A stretch of DNA of 63,368 nucleotides, counting the filler. It is 7 parts of 7 records of this genome, joined end to end, with 100 filler letters (N's around TTAATTAATTAA, not from the genome) between each part and the next. Parts side by side here need not be neighbours in the genome. Positions count along the whole stretch, not along the records: positions 1 to 12,072 come from SRR31156797_21646; positions 12,173 to 23,347 come from SRR31156797_21648; 5 more parts are not named here. The stretch is one strand, 5' to 3'. This document shows, one piece after another, positions 9,832-19,332 of the stretch. Both the position numbers and the translations under genes were made by a program. The notes under the pieces were generated by a model. That model did no database searches, had not been told where the DNA came from, and worked only from the letters and a program-made list of their open reading frames with translations. The stretch's first letter is position 1. Each line of letters opens with the position of its first letter.

Positions 9832-11240
9832 TGATGGAAGGTCTTGGCGCGTTAAACGCCCTTTTTTATCCCAAAGACGTAGCCCTGATAGGGGCCACAT
9901 CGAGCCTCGGTAAGATGGGCAATATCATCATGAACCGGCTAATAACAACCCGTGTTCAAATTTATCCGGTTCATCCAAAAGAAAAAAATCTGTCAGGGAT
10001 TCCGGTGATAAACGATATTGAAGACCTGCCCGAGGGGATTGATCTTGCGGTTATTTCAATCGGAGCCGCCGGAGCTGTTGCTGCTGCCGAGGCATGCGCA
10101 AGGAAAGGCGCGAAGGTCATAATCGTCATTGCCGGCGGTTTCGGTGAAGCCGGTGAAGAGGGGAAGGCCCTTGAAAAACGGCTCGGTGAGATACCGGAGA
10201 AATATGGCGCCAGGATCCTCGGCCCCAATACTCTGGGCGTTTTCATGCCTGAATCGGGTGTCAATACGATCTTCGTCGAGCACGGGGACCGGGCTCTTGC
10301 CGGAGGAGGAGGCGTCGCGTTTTTAACCCAAAGCGGATCAGTGGGGGCTGAGGCCCTGGGCTACGCGGCCAACATCGGCTTTGGCATGAGGGCCTTCGTG
10401 GGCCTTGGAAACAAGATCGATTTGGATGAGCTCGATTTTCTTAGATACTTCGGACAGGACAGAAAGACCGATTCCATTGCGGTCTATGTCGAAAGTATCG
10501 AAAAAGGAAAGGCCTTTCTGGAAGAGGCGGCTCTTATCAGCAGGGAAAAACCGGTCATCGTCTTAAAGGCCGGAAGGACCGCGGCAGGCCAGTCTGCCGT
10601 GAGCTCTCACACGGGAAAGCTTGCCGGTTCCGACCGGGTTATCGACGGGGCTTTCAAACAGTACGGTATCCTGAGGGTCCTGGATGACGAGGAGCTCAGC
10701 GACGCGGCCAAGGTGCTGTCCATGTCCTCCCTGCCCAGGGGAAACAGGATCGCCGTCATAACCGCCGCCGGTGGATACGGTGTCATGTGCTCCGACTATA
10801 TCGAAGAGAAAACATCACGGGCGGCCCTGGCCATGGCGGAACTGTCGGAAGCCACTTCAAAACGGCTTAAGGAGGTCAATATCGAATACGCCTCTTCCAG
10901 AAATCCGGTGGACATCACCGCCGGGGCGGACAGTGTCACCTATACGGAAAATCTGGAAATCCTGCTCAAGGATGGGGGCGTGGATATGGTCATATGCGTG
11001 GCCTTCTTCGCTCCGGTATCGATCTCGGACGATCTGGTTGAAAAGATTGCCGAGATGTCCAGGAAGTACGACAAACCCGTTTTGGTTTTCACTGAGTTCG
11101 GCCCTTTCACCGACAGCTATCTCAAGAGATTTTACAACGAGGGGATCCCCGGATTCCCCTCCATTTCAAGGACCGTCAGAGCCGCGAGATTTCTTGTCGA
11201 GAGGAAGCAGATACTCGAAAATCTGGGAGGCGCCGAATGA
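9828..11240 (+). CDS. ADP-forming acyl-CoA synthetase, alpha subunit
   Basis: CoA-binding domain, GPNTLG, QSGS, phospho-His SSHTGKLAG, NPVD. Confidence 0.9.
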   Translation: MMMEGLGALNALFYPKDVALIGATSSLGKMGNIIMNRLITTRVQIYPVHPKEKNLSGIPVINDIEDLPEGIDLAVISIGAAGAVAAAEACARKGAKVIIVIAGGFGEAGEEGKALEKRLGEIPEKYGARILGPNTLGVFMPESGVNTIFVEHGDRALAGGGGVAFLTQSGSVGAEALGYAANIGFGMRAFVGLGNKIDLDELDFLRYFGQDRKTDSIAVYVESIEKGKAFLEEAALISREKPVIVLKAGRTAAGQSAVSSHTGKLAGSDRVIDGAFKQYGILRVLDDEELSDAAKVLSMSSLPRGNRIAVITAAGGYGVMCSDYIEEKTSRAALAMAELSEATSKRLKEVNIEYASSRNPVDITAGADSVTYTENLEILLKDGGVDMVICVAFFAPVSISDDLVEKIAEMSRKYDKPVLVFTEFGPFTDSYLKRFYNEGIPGFPSISRTVRAARFLVERKQILENLGGAE

Positions 11241-11905
11241 AAGAGATGGTTTCGCAATGGATCAATGATCTTAGGATCGAGGGGAAGCCCGATGAGTGGG
11301 AATCGAAGAGCCTCCTGAAAATGGCGGGGCTGAACGCAGAGCTGGGCAGGCGGATAATGCCCGGAGAGTCGGTCAATTCCGATGATTTTAAGTTCCCCCT
11401 GGCCCTGAAGGTGTGCGATCCGGATATCCTCCATAAAACCGAAAACGGAGGCGTCAAGCTGAATGTGGAGAAAGATGATTTTGAAGAAGCACTGGGGGAG
11501 CTTCGGAGGATGTTTCCGTCGTCCCCTCTGCTCGCGGACCCGATGTGCAGTATCGTAGGGCCCGAGTTTATCCTGGGCGGTATGGTTGATCCGGTGTTCG
11601 GTCCTGCCGTCATGGTTGGCGCCGGCGGAGTTTTGACCGAAATCTATGAGGACGCCGTATTCAGGCTCTGTCCCTGTTCAAAGGGCGAAGCCCTTAGAAT
11701 GCTCAATGAACTGCGGATCGCTCCGGTGCTCAAAGGGTACAGGGACAGCCCCCTGAGTATGGATGAACTGGCCGATGGGGTTTCCAGGCTGAGTGAGCTT
11801 TTTGAAGCCTTTGACGGGAAGCTTAATCAGATCGATATCAATCCCATGGTGTATACCGGAGAACACTGGACGGCCCTTGATTGCGTCTTCATTCTGAATG
11901 CATGA
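11237..11905 (+). CDS. ADP-forming acyl-CoA synthetase, beta (ATP-grasp) subunit
   Basis: FPLALK...ILHKTENGGV, DPVFGP, DINP; 4-nt overlap. Confidence 0.88.
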   Translation: MKEMVSQWINDLRIEGKPDEWESKSLLKMAGLNAELGRRIMPGESVNSDDFKFPLALKVCDPDILHKTENGGVKLNVEKDDFEEALGELRRMFPSSPLLADPMCSIVGPEFILGGMVDPVFGPAVMVGAGGVLTEIYEDAVFRLCPCSKGEALRMLNELRIAPVLKGYRDSPLSMDELADGVSRLSELFEAFDGKLNQIDINPMVYTGEHWTALDCVFILNA

Positions 11906-12072
11906 GCTGGCATATAAAAGAGTTCTCAATCACAATTTACAGCCCTATACGCGATCTGGCATGGGGCTGTTTATTTCACAGGGCATTGACAGTCGTCAAT
12001 ACTTGCTTCCAGGCTATTCGGGGGGCTCTAATAAGACCTCAAATCTCAACATCGAACTCGTACACGCACCCA

Positions 12073-12172
12073 NNNNNNNNNNNNNNNNNNNNNNNNNNNN
12101 NNNNNNNNNNNNNNNNTTAATTAATTAANNNNNNNNNNNNNNNNNNNNNNNNNNNNNNNNNNNNNNNNNNNN
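12073..12172. other. Artificial contig linker
   Basis: N44-TTAATTAATTAA-N44. Confidence 0.99.
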
Positions 12173-12448
12173 CCGAAAGTGGACGGGATCGAGCGTAAGG
12201 AGCCGTACGTGCGGGTGGGATTTACCGTCAGCCGGAAGGTTGGCAATGCCGTAAAACGCAACCGTGCCCGCCGCCGTTTGCGGGCTGCGGTTGATTGTAT
12301 TTTTCCTGCGCACGCAATGCCCGGCAACGATTTCGTCGTCATCGGACGGGCCCGGACGTTGACCCGCAGTTTTGATTCGCTGATCGGCGATTTGACGACG
12401 GCGCTGAAGCGCCTGGACGTCTTTGTCGCCGATTCGCGTGACGGATAG
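12173..12448 (+). CDS. rnpA: RNase P protein component (5' partial)
   Basis: RVGFTVSRKVGNAVKRNRARRRLR. Confidence 0.93.
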   Translation, partial: PKVDGIERKEPYVRVGFTVSRKVGNAVKRNRARRRLRAAVDCIFPAHAMPGNDFVVIGRARTLTRSFDSLIGDLTTALKRLDVFVADSRDG

Positions 12449-12490
12449 GGTATTGGACCGGGAAACCGGCAAACACGGTTTGGGAACCAC

Positions 12491-12781
12491 ATGAAAATGA
12501 TTGTGGGACGGAAAATCGTTTGGGGCTTTATCCGGGGGTATCAGTTGCTGATATCGCCCGTGTTGCCGATGTCCTGCCGGTATTCCCCGTCGTGCTCTGC
12601 CTATGCGGCGGAGGCGGTCATGTCCCATGGCGTCCTGCGTGGCGGATGGCTGGCGATCAAGCGCATGGTCAGGTGCCATCCCTGGGGTGGCTGGGGATAC
12701 GATCCGGTTCCGGAAACGGGCCGCGACCCGGCGGCCATACGGACGAAGCCGGAAAACAAAGGGTGTTCGCACGCCGGATAA
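12491..12781 (+). CDS. yidD: Membrane protein insertion efficiency factor
   Basis: [31 protein letters not shown]. Confidence 0.93.
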   Translation: MKMIVGRKIVWGFIRGYQLLISPVLPMSCRYSPSCSAYAAEAVMSHGVLRGGWLAIKRMVRCHPWGGWGYDPVPETGRDPAAIRTKPENKGCSHAG

Positions 12782-12826
12782 CCGGCGGCTCAGCCAGAAT
12801 TGAAGTTTGGAGGAACAACGGAAGCA

Positions 12827-14590
12827 ATGATCGACAACCGCAACATGATCCTGGCGATCGTTCTTTCCGTTGTCATTCTATTGGGATTCAACCTTTGGAA
12901 TGCCGACCGCTATCAGGAAGAAGCCCTTAATCAGCAGACGGCTGAACAATCCCAATTGCCGCAGGCGCCGGCTCAGTCTCCCGAAGGGACGACCGCCCCC
13001 GGCCAGCAGCTGGCGCCGCAGGTACCGGGCCAGGTCCCGACGGCGGGTGTTGCGGCCGATCAGGCGGGCCCGTCCCGCGAGGCGGTCAAGGCTCAGACAA
13101 AACGCATCAGTATCAGAACCCCCCGCCTTCATGGGTCGCTGTCGTTGACGGGCGGGCGAATCGACGATCTGACCCTGGCCGACTACCGCGAAACCCTCGA
13201 TCCCGAAAGCAATGAAATCACCCTTCTGATGCCTCACGGACTTCCGAACACCTACTTCGCCGAGTTCGGATGGGTTCCGGGCGGAGAAATTGCGGTGCCG
13301 ACAGGCGATTCCGTATGGACCGCCGATTCGGATACCCTGGCGCCCGGTTCGCCGGTGACGCTGACGTGGGACAACAGGCAAGGCGTGAAATTCCTGCGCA
13401 CCTACACCGTCGACGAAAATTACATGTTCACGGTAAAGCAGCAGGTCGAAAACAATGGCGCCGAGGCCGTATCGTTGTTCCCCTATGGCCTCATTTCCCG
13501 CTGGCAAACGCCCGAGACAACGCGGTTCTACATCCTGCATGAAGGTCTGCTCGGCGTCTTTGATGAAACCCTCGAAGAAATCGACTACGACGATCTTCAG
13601 GAAAAAGCGAAAATCGAAAAGACCTCGACCGGCGGCTGGATCGGCATTACCGACAAATACTGGTTGGCTGCCCTGGTCCCGGCCCAAGACGTCGAGGTCA
13701 AGTCGCGGTTCACCCATCACCGGGAAAACGGCAACGACCGGTACCAAGTTGATTATCTTGGCGGTGCCGTGACGGTGGCGCCGGGAGCGACGGTAGCGGT
13801 CGAGAACCATCTCTTCGCCGGTGCCAAACAAGTGAAGTTGCTCGATGCCTACGAGCAGAGCCTGGGCGTCGACCGGTTCGACCTGGCCATCGATTTCGGC
13901 TGGTTTTATTTCCTGACCAAACCGATCTTCTATTTGCTGATCTATCTGCAAGATTACGTTGGCAATTTCGGCATCGCCATTCTGTTGCTGACCGTCGTCA
14001 TCAAGTTGTTGTTCTTCCCGTTGGCCAACAAGTCCTATCGGGCCATGAGCAAGATGAAGAAGCTGCAGCCCGAAATGCAGAAAATGCGCGAGCGATTCGG
14101 CGACGATCGTCAGCGCATGAACCAAGAGATGATGGCGCTGTATAAGCGCGAAAAAGCCAATCCGGCATCGGGCTGCCTGCCTATGCTGATTCAGATTCCG
14201 GTCTTCTTTTCGCTCTACAAGGTGCTTTTCGTGACCATTGAAATGCGCCAGGCGCCCTTCTTTGGCTGGATCAAGGATCTGTCCGCCCAGGACCCGACAA
14301 GCCTGTTCAACCTGTTCGGTCTGATCCCTTGGGATCCGTCGATGATTGTTCCCGACGCCCTCAATATCGGCATATGGCCCCTTATCATGGGCATCTCCAT
14401 GTTCCTGCAGCAGAAACTCAATCCACAGCCGGCCGATCCGGTTCAGGCGAAGATTTTCATGTTCCTGCCGCTGATCTTCACGTTCCTGCTGGCCCAATTC
14501 CCGGCCGGCCTGGTCATCTACTGGGCCTGGAACAATGTGCTGTCGATCCTGCAGCAATGGGTGATCATGAAACGCTCGGGCGCCGTCTGA
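12827..14590 (+). CDS. yidC: Membrane protein insertase
   Basis: IDFGWFYFLTKP, GCLPMLIQIPVFF, AGLVIYWAWNN; ATG at 12827. Confidence 0.96.
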   Translation: MIDNRNMILAIVLSVVILLGFNLWNADRYQEEALNQQTAEQSQLPQAPAQSPEGTTAPGQQLAPQVPGQVPTAGVAADQAGPSREAVKAQTKRISIRTPRLHGSLSLTGGRIDDLTLADYRETLDPESNEITLLMPHGLPNTYFAEFGWVPGGEIAVPTGDSVWTADSDTLAPGSPVTLTWDNRQGVKFLRTYTVDENYMFTVKQQVENNGAEAVSLFPYGLISRWQTPETTRFYILHEGLLGVFDETLEEIDYDDLQEKAKIEKTSTGGWIGITDKYWLAALVPAQDVEVKSRFTHHRENGNDRYQVDYLGGAVTVAPGATVAVENHLFAGAKQVKLLDAYEQSLGVDRFDLAIDFGWFYFLTKPIFYLLIYLQDYVGNFGIAILLLTVVIKLLFFPLANKSYRAMSKMKKLQPEMQKMRERFGDDRQRMNQEMMALYKREKANPASGCLPMLIQIPVFFSLYKVLFVTIEMRQAPFFGWIKDLSAQDPTSLFNLFGLIPWDPSMIVPDALNIGIWPLIMGISMFLQQKLNPQPADPVQAKIFMFLPLIFTFLLAQFPAGLVIYWAWNNVLSILQQWVIMKRSGAV

Positions 14591-14648
14591 GAAGCCGGTT
14601 TTCGGTACCTGCGGCGGCAAGCCGCCGAACGCCTTTTGAGGGGAAATC

Positions 14649-15320
14649 GTGAGCGCCGAATCAAACCAGGATGAGGCAAACGCGGCGGCCGAAGCGGTCG
14701 AACGGGGACGTCTGCTGTTTGCACGGGAGTGCCGGTTTCTCGGCGGCGTTGCCCATCTCGATCAATTGCCGACGGCCCCCTTTCCCGAAACAGCATTCGC
14801 CGGACGCTCGAACGTCGGGAAATCCAGCCTGCTGAACGCCCTTACGGGGCGCAAGGCGTTGGCCCGGACGTCACATTCCCCGGGGCGGACACAGGAGCTG
14901 AACTTCTTCCTGCTCGGCGACGCCCTGGTGCTGGCCGACCTGCCCGGATACGGATTCGCCAAGGCACCGAAGCAGAAAGTTGCCGCATGGACCCGATTGA
15001 TCAACACCTACCTGAAGGGCCGCGTCCCTCTGCGCCGGGTCTGTGTCCTGATCGATTCCCGGCATGGAATCAAGAATGTCGATCGCGACGTCATGAAGCT
15101 ATTGGACACGGCCGCCGTTTCCTACCAAGCCGTCCTGACGAAGTGCGACAAAATCAACCAATCGCAGCTGTCGGATTTGATCGAGCGCGTAACCGGTGAA
15201 CTGGCGAGCCGCCCGGCGGCACACCCCGACATCATTGCAACCAGCGCCCGCGACGGCATCGGTATTTCCGAATTGCGTGCCGCCCTGGCGGCGCTGGCAG
15301 ACCCCAAGGATTTCATGTAG
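14649..15320 (+). CDS. engB: Ribosome biogenesis GTPase YihA/YsxC
   Basis: [19 protein letters not shown]. Confidence 0.95.
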   Translation: MSAESNQDEANAAAEAVERGRLLFARECRFLGGVAHLDQLPTAPFPETAFAGRSNVGKSSLLNALTGRKALARTSHSPGRTQELNFFLLGDALVLADLPGYGFAKAPKQKVAAWTRLINTYLKGRVPLRRVCVLIDSRHGIKNVDRDVMKLLDTAAVSYQAVLTKCDKINQSQLSDLIERVTGELASRPAAHPDIIATSARDGIGISELRAALAALADPKDFM

Positions 15321-15330
15321 GTTCAAGGCC

Positions 15331-16239
15331 ATGAACAAGAAACCGGATCCAACCAAGGAAGATTTTCTGGCGCAGGCGAAGATTCTTTCGGAAGCGCTTC
15401 CCTATATGCGCCGTATCGCCGGCGAAACCGTCGTCATCAAATACGGCGGCCATGCCATGGGCGACGCCGAACTGGCGAAACTATTTGCCCGCGATATCGT
15501 GCTTCTGCGCCAAATCGGCGTCAATCCGATAATCGTGCACGGCGGCGGGCCGCAAATCGGCGAAATGCTCGGCCGCCTGAAGATCAAAAGCGAGTTCATC
15601 GACGGGCTGCGTGTCACCGATAAGGCCACCGTCGAAGTCGTCGAAATGGTGCTCTCCGGAAAGATCAACAAGGAGATCGTAACCGCCATCAATGGGGCCG
15701 GTGGAACCGCGGTGGGAATTTCCGGAAAAGACGGCGATCTGGTCAAGGCGGAGAAGTTACGCCGCAGCGTTCGGGATCCGGATTCCAATATCGAACGCAT
15801 TCTCGATCTTGGGCTGGTTGGCGAACCGCGCGAAATAATGCCCGATATTCTGGAAGCCTTCGAGGAAGCCGACATCATCCCGGTGATCGCGCCGATCGGT
15901 GTCGGCCCCAAGGGCGAAACGTTGAATATCAACGCCGATACAGTGGCCGGCGCCATCGCCGCGGCAACGGCGGCGCGGCGCCTTATCATGCTGACCGATG
16001 TCAGCGGCGTGCTCGACAAGGACGGCAACCTGATCTCCGAACTGTCAGTTACCCAGGCGCGCAAGCTGATCGATCAGGGCACGGCCAGCGGCGGAATGAT
16101 CCCCAAAATCAAGACCTGCGTGAACGCGGTGGAAGAAGGGGTCGATGGGGCTGTCATCGTCGACGGCCGTGTTCCCCATGCCATTCTGTTGGAGATTTTC
16201 ACCGAAGCGGGCGCCGGCACTCTGGTGCTTCCGGATTAA
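15331..16239 (+). CDS. argB: Acetylglutamate kinase
   Basis: [30 protein letters not shown] at 15331. Confidence 0.96.
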   Translation: MNKKPDPTKEDFLAQAKILSEALPYMRRIAGETVVIKYGGHAMGDAELAKLFARDIVLLRQIGVNPIIVHGGGPQIGEMLGRLKIKSEFIDGLRVTDKATVEVVEMVLSGKINKEIVTAINGAGGTAVGISGKDGDLVKAEKLRRSVRDPDSNIERILDLGLVGEPREIMPDILEAFEEADIIPVIAPIGVGPKGETLNINADTVAGAIAAATAARRLIMLTDVSGVLDKDGNLISELSVTQARKLIDQGTASGGMIPKIKTCVNAVEEGVDGAVIVDGRVPHAILLEIFTEAGAGTLVLPD

Positions 16240-16272
16240 ATCGGGAAAGGCCAATCCGTATCAATCGGATCA

Positions 16273-17598
16273 TCAGGTTTTCGTGGCAAGCTGATAGAAA
16301 AACTCCAGCTGCCAAACCATTTCATCCTCGCCAAGCGGCCATTCGCCGATTTTTACCGGCTTCAGTATCTCGTCCGGCGGAATACGGCAAAGCTTGGTTT
16401 GAAGCTGCGCGACCAGTCGTTCCGGTATGTTGGCGCGCCACGCCAGCGCAATGATTCCTTTGGCGCTTTGAGTCGAGACGATCTTCTCGGCAACGCCGAA
16501 AGGCACCTCCCCCAGAACCGCAAGCGACGCCATGACGAATTCATCGTGTCCGGCCGTCAGCGCATCCAAGACAATCCGCGCACTCAATTTTTTTGCCTGA
16601 TAAAGGCTCATTGCCGCGTCGAGGGCTGAATTTGTCTCCGCAATCGCCTGCTGCCAAACCTGCCTGATCTCTTCCTCGACACCGGCGACGGCAGGCACGA
16701 TCTTCTTTGCCGGCCCTGGAGCCGAAGCTTCCCCGCCCTTTTCCGGATTGAGGCGTTGGCGAACGACGCTGCGCAATGCCGTCGCGGTATCGGTATCGAA
16801 GTCCCCGCGCGAAACCAAAGCCTGCAACAATCGGTCGGCGACGAATTCGGCAATTCGCACGGCCGCACCGCCCGGTAACTCGTGCCGGTGAACCAACGGC
16901 GAATGCCATGCCTCGACTGCTGGCGCCCGCTCGATAATGTAATCCAGTGTGTCTTCTCGAATTTGGGCGTTGGGATTCTCCAGAAGAACGCCGACGGCTT
17001 CGACGTCACCGGTACGGGCCAAAGCATCGGCGACAGAGGCGCCAATTGCCTTGCGACTGGCGATCGAAGCCAGCGCTCCTTTCATCGGGCCGTCGGAAAC
17101 GATCTCGAGCAGATCGGAATCCGTGAGGACCGGCGAATTCTCCAGGATAGGACCGGCGACAACGATTTCGGCGTCCCGCGCCAAATGTTTGATAACCTCC
17201 GGCGGTGCGTCGGCAACATCCTTCAAGGCGTCGGCAATAATACTGCGAACCCGCGTGACCTGATCCCGGGCCAAAAGATCCAAAGCCTGATAAGTCAGTT
17301 CGCCCAGTGCCTCGGCTTCTTCGTTGGTAAGGTCGGGAAGCACGCCAGAAATCTTCGCTGCCAGGCGCGACCTGACCGAATCATCGGCATCTTCGGCCAG
17401 CTTGAGGTCGGCGCGCCGTGGCGTCGCCCGGTTCCCGGCAATCGCCTGTCTGACCTCCGGCGATGGGTCGCCGGAAAGGTAGAAAAGAATTTCCGGCATG
17501 ACATCCGAACGCGCGGCCAAATCCTTTCGCACAGCCGGATCCTGATGGACAGCCATGCGTTTGGCTTCTTCGTATGACAATCGCCCGCCTTCGGACAC
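16273..17598 (-). CDS. DUF2336 domain protein
   Basis: LARDAEIVVAGPILENSPVLTDSDL, LLENPNAQI; helical repeats. Confidence 0.8.
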   Translation of the reverse strand: MSEGGRLSYEEAKRMAVHQDPAVRKDLAARSDVMPEILFYLSGDPSPEVRQAIAGNRATPRRADLKLAEDADDSVRSRLAAKISGVLPDLTNEEAEALGELTYQALDLLARDQVTRVRSIIADALKDVADAPPEVIKHLARDAEIVVAGPILENSPVLTDSDLLEIVSDGPMKGALASIASRKAIGASVADALARTGDVEAVGVLLENPNAQIREDTLDYIIERAPAVEAWHSPLVHRHELPGGAAVRIAEFVADRLLQALVSRGDFDTDTATALRSVVRQRLNPEKGGEASAPGPAKKIVPAVAGVEEEIRQVWQQAIAETNSALDAAMSLYQAKKLSARIVLDALTAGHDEFVMASLAVLGEVPFGVAEKIVSTQSAKGIIALAWRANIPERLVAQLQTKLCRIPPDEILKPVKIGEWPLGEDEMVWQLEFFYQLATKT

Positions 17599-17661
17599 TC
17601 TCCGTACTACCGGCGGAATAACCGCCGGACCCCACTTCAGTACTATGTTATCGCAACAAAA

Positions 17662-19332
17662 CTATGGCCTTGGAGGCTTCGGAGCCATCTCGTAGCCACC
17701 TTTGCCACGCCGTTTGACGGAATACATCGCAACGTCGGCACGAGCAAGTAGTTCGTCCAGGCTTTCTTCCGATTGCGGATCAAAAATCGCAACTCCGACC
17801 GAAAGCCCCAGCGCCGCGTCAACACCTTCCGAAAACTCCGCCAGCCTCCTGGCCGCTTCAACAAGTTGCCCGGCCCGTGCCTCGGACACTTCGGGGGCAA
17901 TGCCGTCCAGCCACATGACAAATTCATCGCCGCCGATCCGTGCAATCAAATCGCCCGGTCGCGAATATTCCAAAAGCAGATCCCGAACGGCGACAAGGGC
18001 CTCGTCGCCGCGTTGGTGACCGTGCATATCGTTGACTTGCTTGAAATTGTCGAGGTCAACATAAAACAGCGCCGCAGACAGAGGACTGCGTGCCAGCCGT
18101 CGCAAACGACGTGGCATTTCATCGTCGTAGAACGCGCGGCGATTGAGCAACCCCGTCAATGCGTCGGTACGCGACAAACGCAGAATTCGCTCGTGATTAT
18201 TGATTTGTTCGATGGCGATGCCGAGTTGATCGGACACATCGTTGATGAGAAACCGGTCATCCTCCGACCAGCCCCCCAATTTCGAGGACTTCCAAATACA
18301 CATGCCTCCGTTGATGCCGGACCGATAGTCGGTAACGGCGCCAAGAACCCGCCAATCGCCGACTTCGCATTCCATCGCGGCATCGACGTCCTCGACCTGC
18401 GCCAGCCTTTTTTCGAACTCGGCTAGGTTATCGATTTCTCCGAAATCGGCAGCCGGCGTAAAGTCCCCTTCCCCCGCCAGCCGGTAAATCCTGCATCCGG
18501 CCGCACCAAGGGCACGCGCTGCGGCTGCGGCAGCGGCGGCAAGCATATTTCTGGGCTCGACTTCGCTTCTGATGGCACGCACCACATAATGGATAATCTG
18601 TTCCCGATGACGTGCACGCATCAGGGCGGCTTCACGATCTCGCTCTCGGGTAATATCGCGGCATACGCCCCGGGCACCGAGCCAGGCTCCTTCCTCATCG
18701 AACAAAGGGCGTCCGGAAACCGCGACACACGCGAGTGAAGAATCGGAGCGCCGCATCCAAAGCTCCATTCCATCGAATGCATGATCGCATTGGAACGGAA
18801 ACGGTCGGTAGGTGGCGGCATCGACGACGATTTCCTGCGGCCGCTTTCCGATCAGTTCCTCGGCGGCATACCCAAGTGCATTCCGCGAAGAAACGAAAAT
18901 AAATGTCCCTTCCGGGCCGACCTCCCAGGCAAAATCGCTGGAAATTTCGACCAAATCCTTATAGCGCTGCCGGGATTCGACAAGCGCCGGACGCAGGTTT
19001 CGTTCCAACGTGATATCGCGGGCAAGAAGAAGGAAAACGCCGGATTCCGGTTCGGGAATGACGGTCAATTCGAAATGGCGTTCGCCTTCTGACACACTAA
19101 TTGTGACCGAGTCCATGGCAATCGCGCCGGCCCGAGCCGCGCCAGCCACCAAATTACCGATCGGAGTGGAATGACCATCCAACAGCGCGGGCACCAAATT
19201 GGCCCCCAAAGCGTTGACGGCGACGAGGCTGAGGTCTTGCCTGACCAGAAGCGCAGCACCCGGATAGCCTTCCAGCCGTCGTTCACTGCTGGCGCTGGTG
19301 ACATGAGATGAGTTGTCGCCGTTATTTGTCAT
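17662..19332 (-). CDS. PAS-GAF diguanylate cyclase
   Basis: TDALTGLLNRR, DLDNFKQVND, RPGD I-site plus GGDEF. Confidence 0.92.
   Translation of the reverse strand: MTNNGDNSSHVTSASSERRLEGYPGAALLVRQDLSLVAVNALGANLVPALLDGHSTPIGNLVAGAARAGAIAMDSVTISVSEGERHFELTVIPEPESGVFLLLARDITLERNLRPALVESRQRYKDLVEISSDFAWEVGPEGTFIFVSSRNALGYAAEELIGKRPQEIVVDAATYRPFPFQCDHAFDGMELWMRRSDSSLACVAVSGRPLFDEEGAWLGARGVCRDITRERDREAALMRARHREQIIHYVVRAIRSEVEPRNMLAAAAAAAARALGAAGCRIYRLAGEGDFTPAADFGEIDNLAEFEKRLAQVEDVDAAMECEVGDWRVLGAVTDYRSGINGGMCIWKSSKLGGWSEDDRFLINDVSDQLGIAIEQINNHERILRLSRTDALTGLLNRRAFYDDEMPRRLRRLARSPLSAALFYVDLDNFKQVNDMHGHQRGDEALVAVRDLLLEYSRPGDLIARIGGDEFVMWLDGIAPEVSEARAGQLVEAARRLAEFSEGVDAALGLSVGVAIFDPQSEESLDELLARADVAMYSVKRRGKGGYEMAPKPPRP

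Noticed and set aside
11881-12772. ORFs running into or out of X runs
   Set aside because: Artefacts of the N linker with its all-frame stop
12878-14620. 580-aa minus-strand ORF
   Set aside because: Antisense shadow of yidC in high-GC DNA; no motifs
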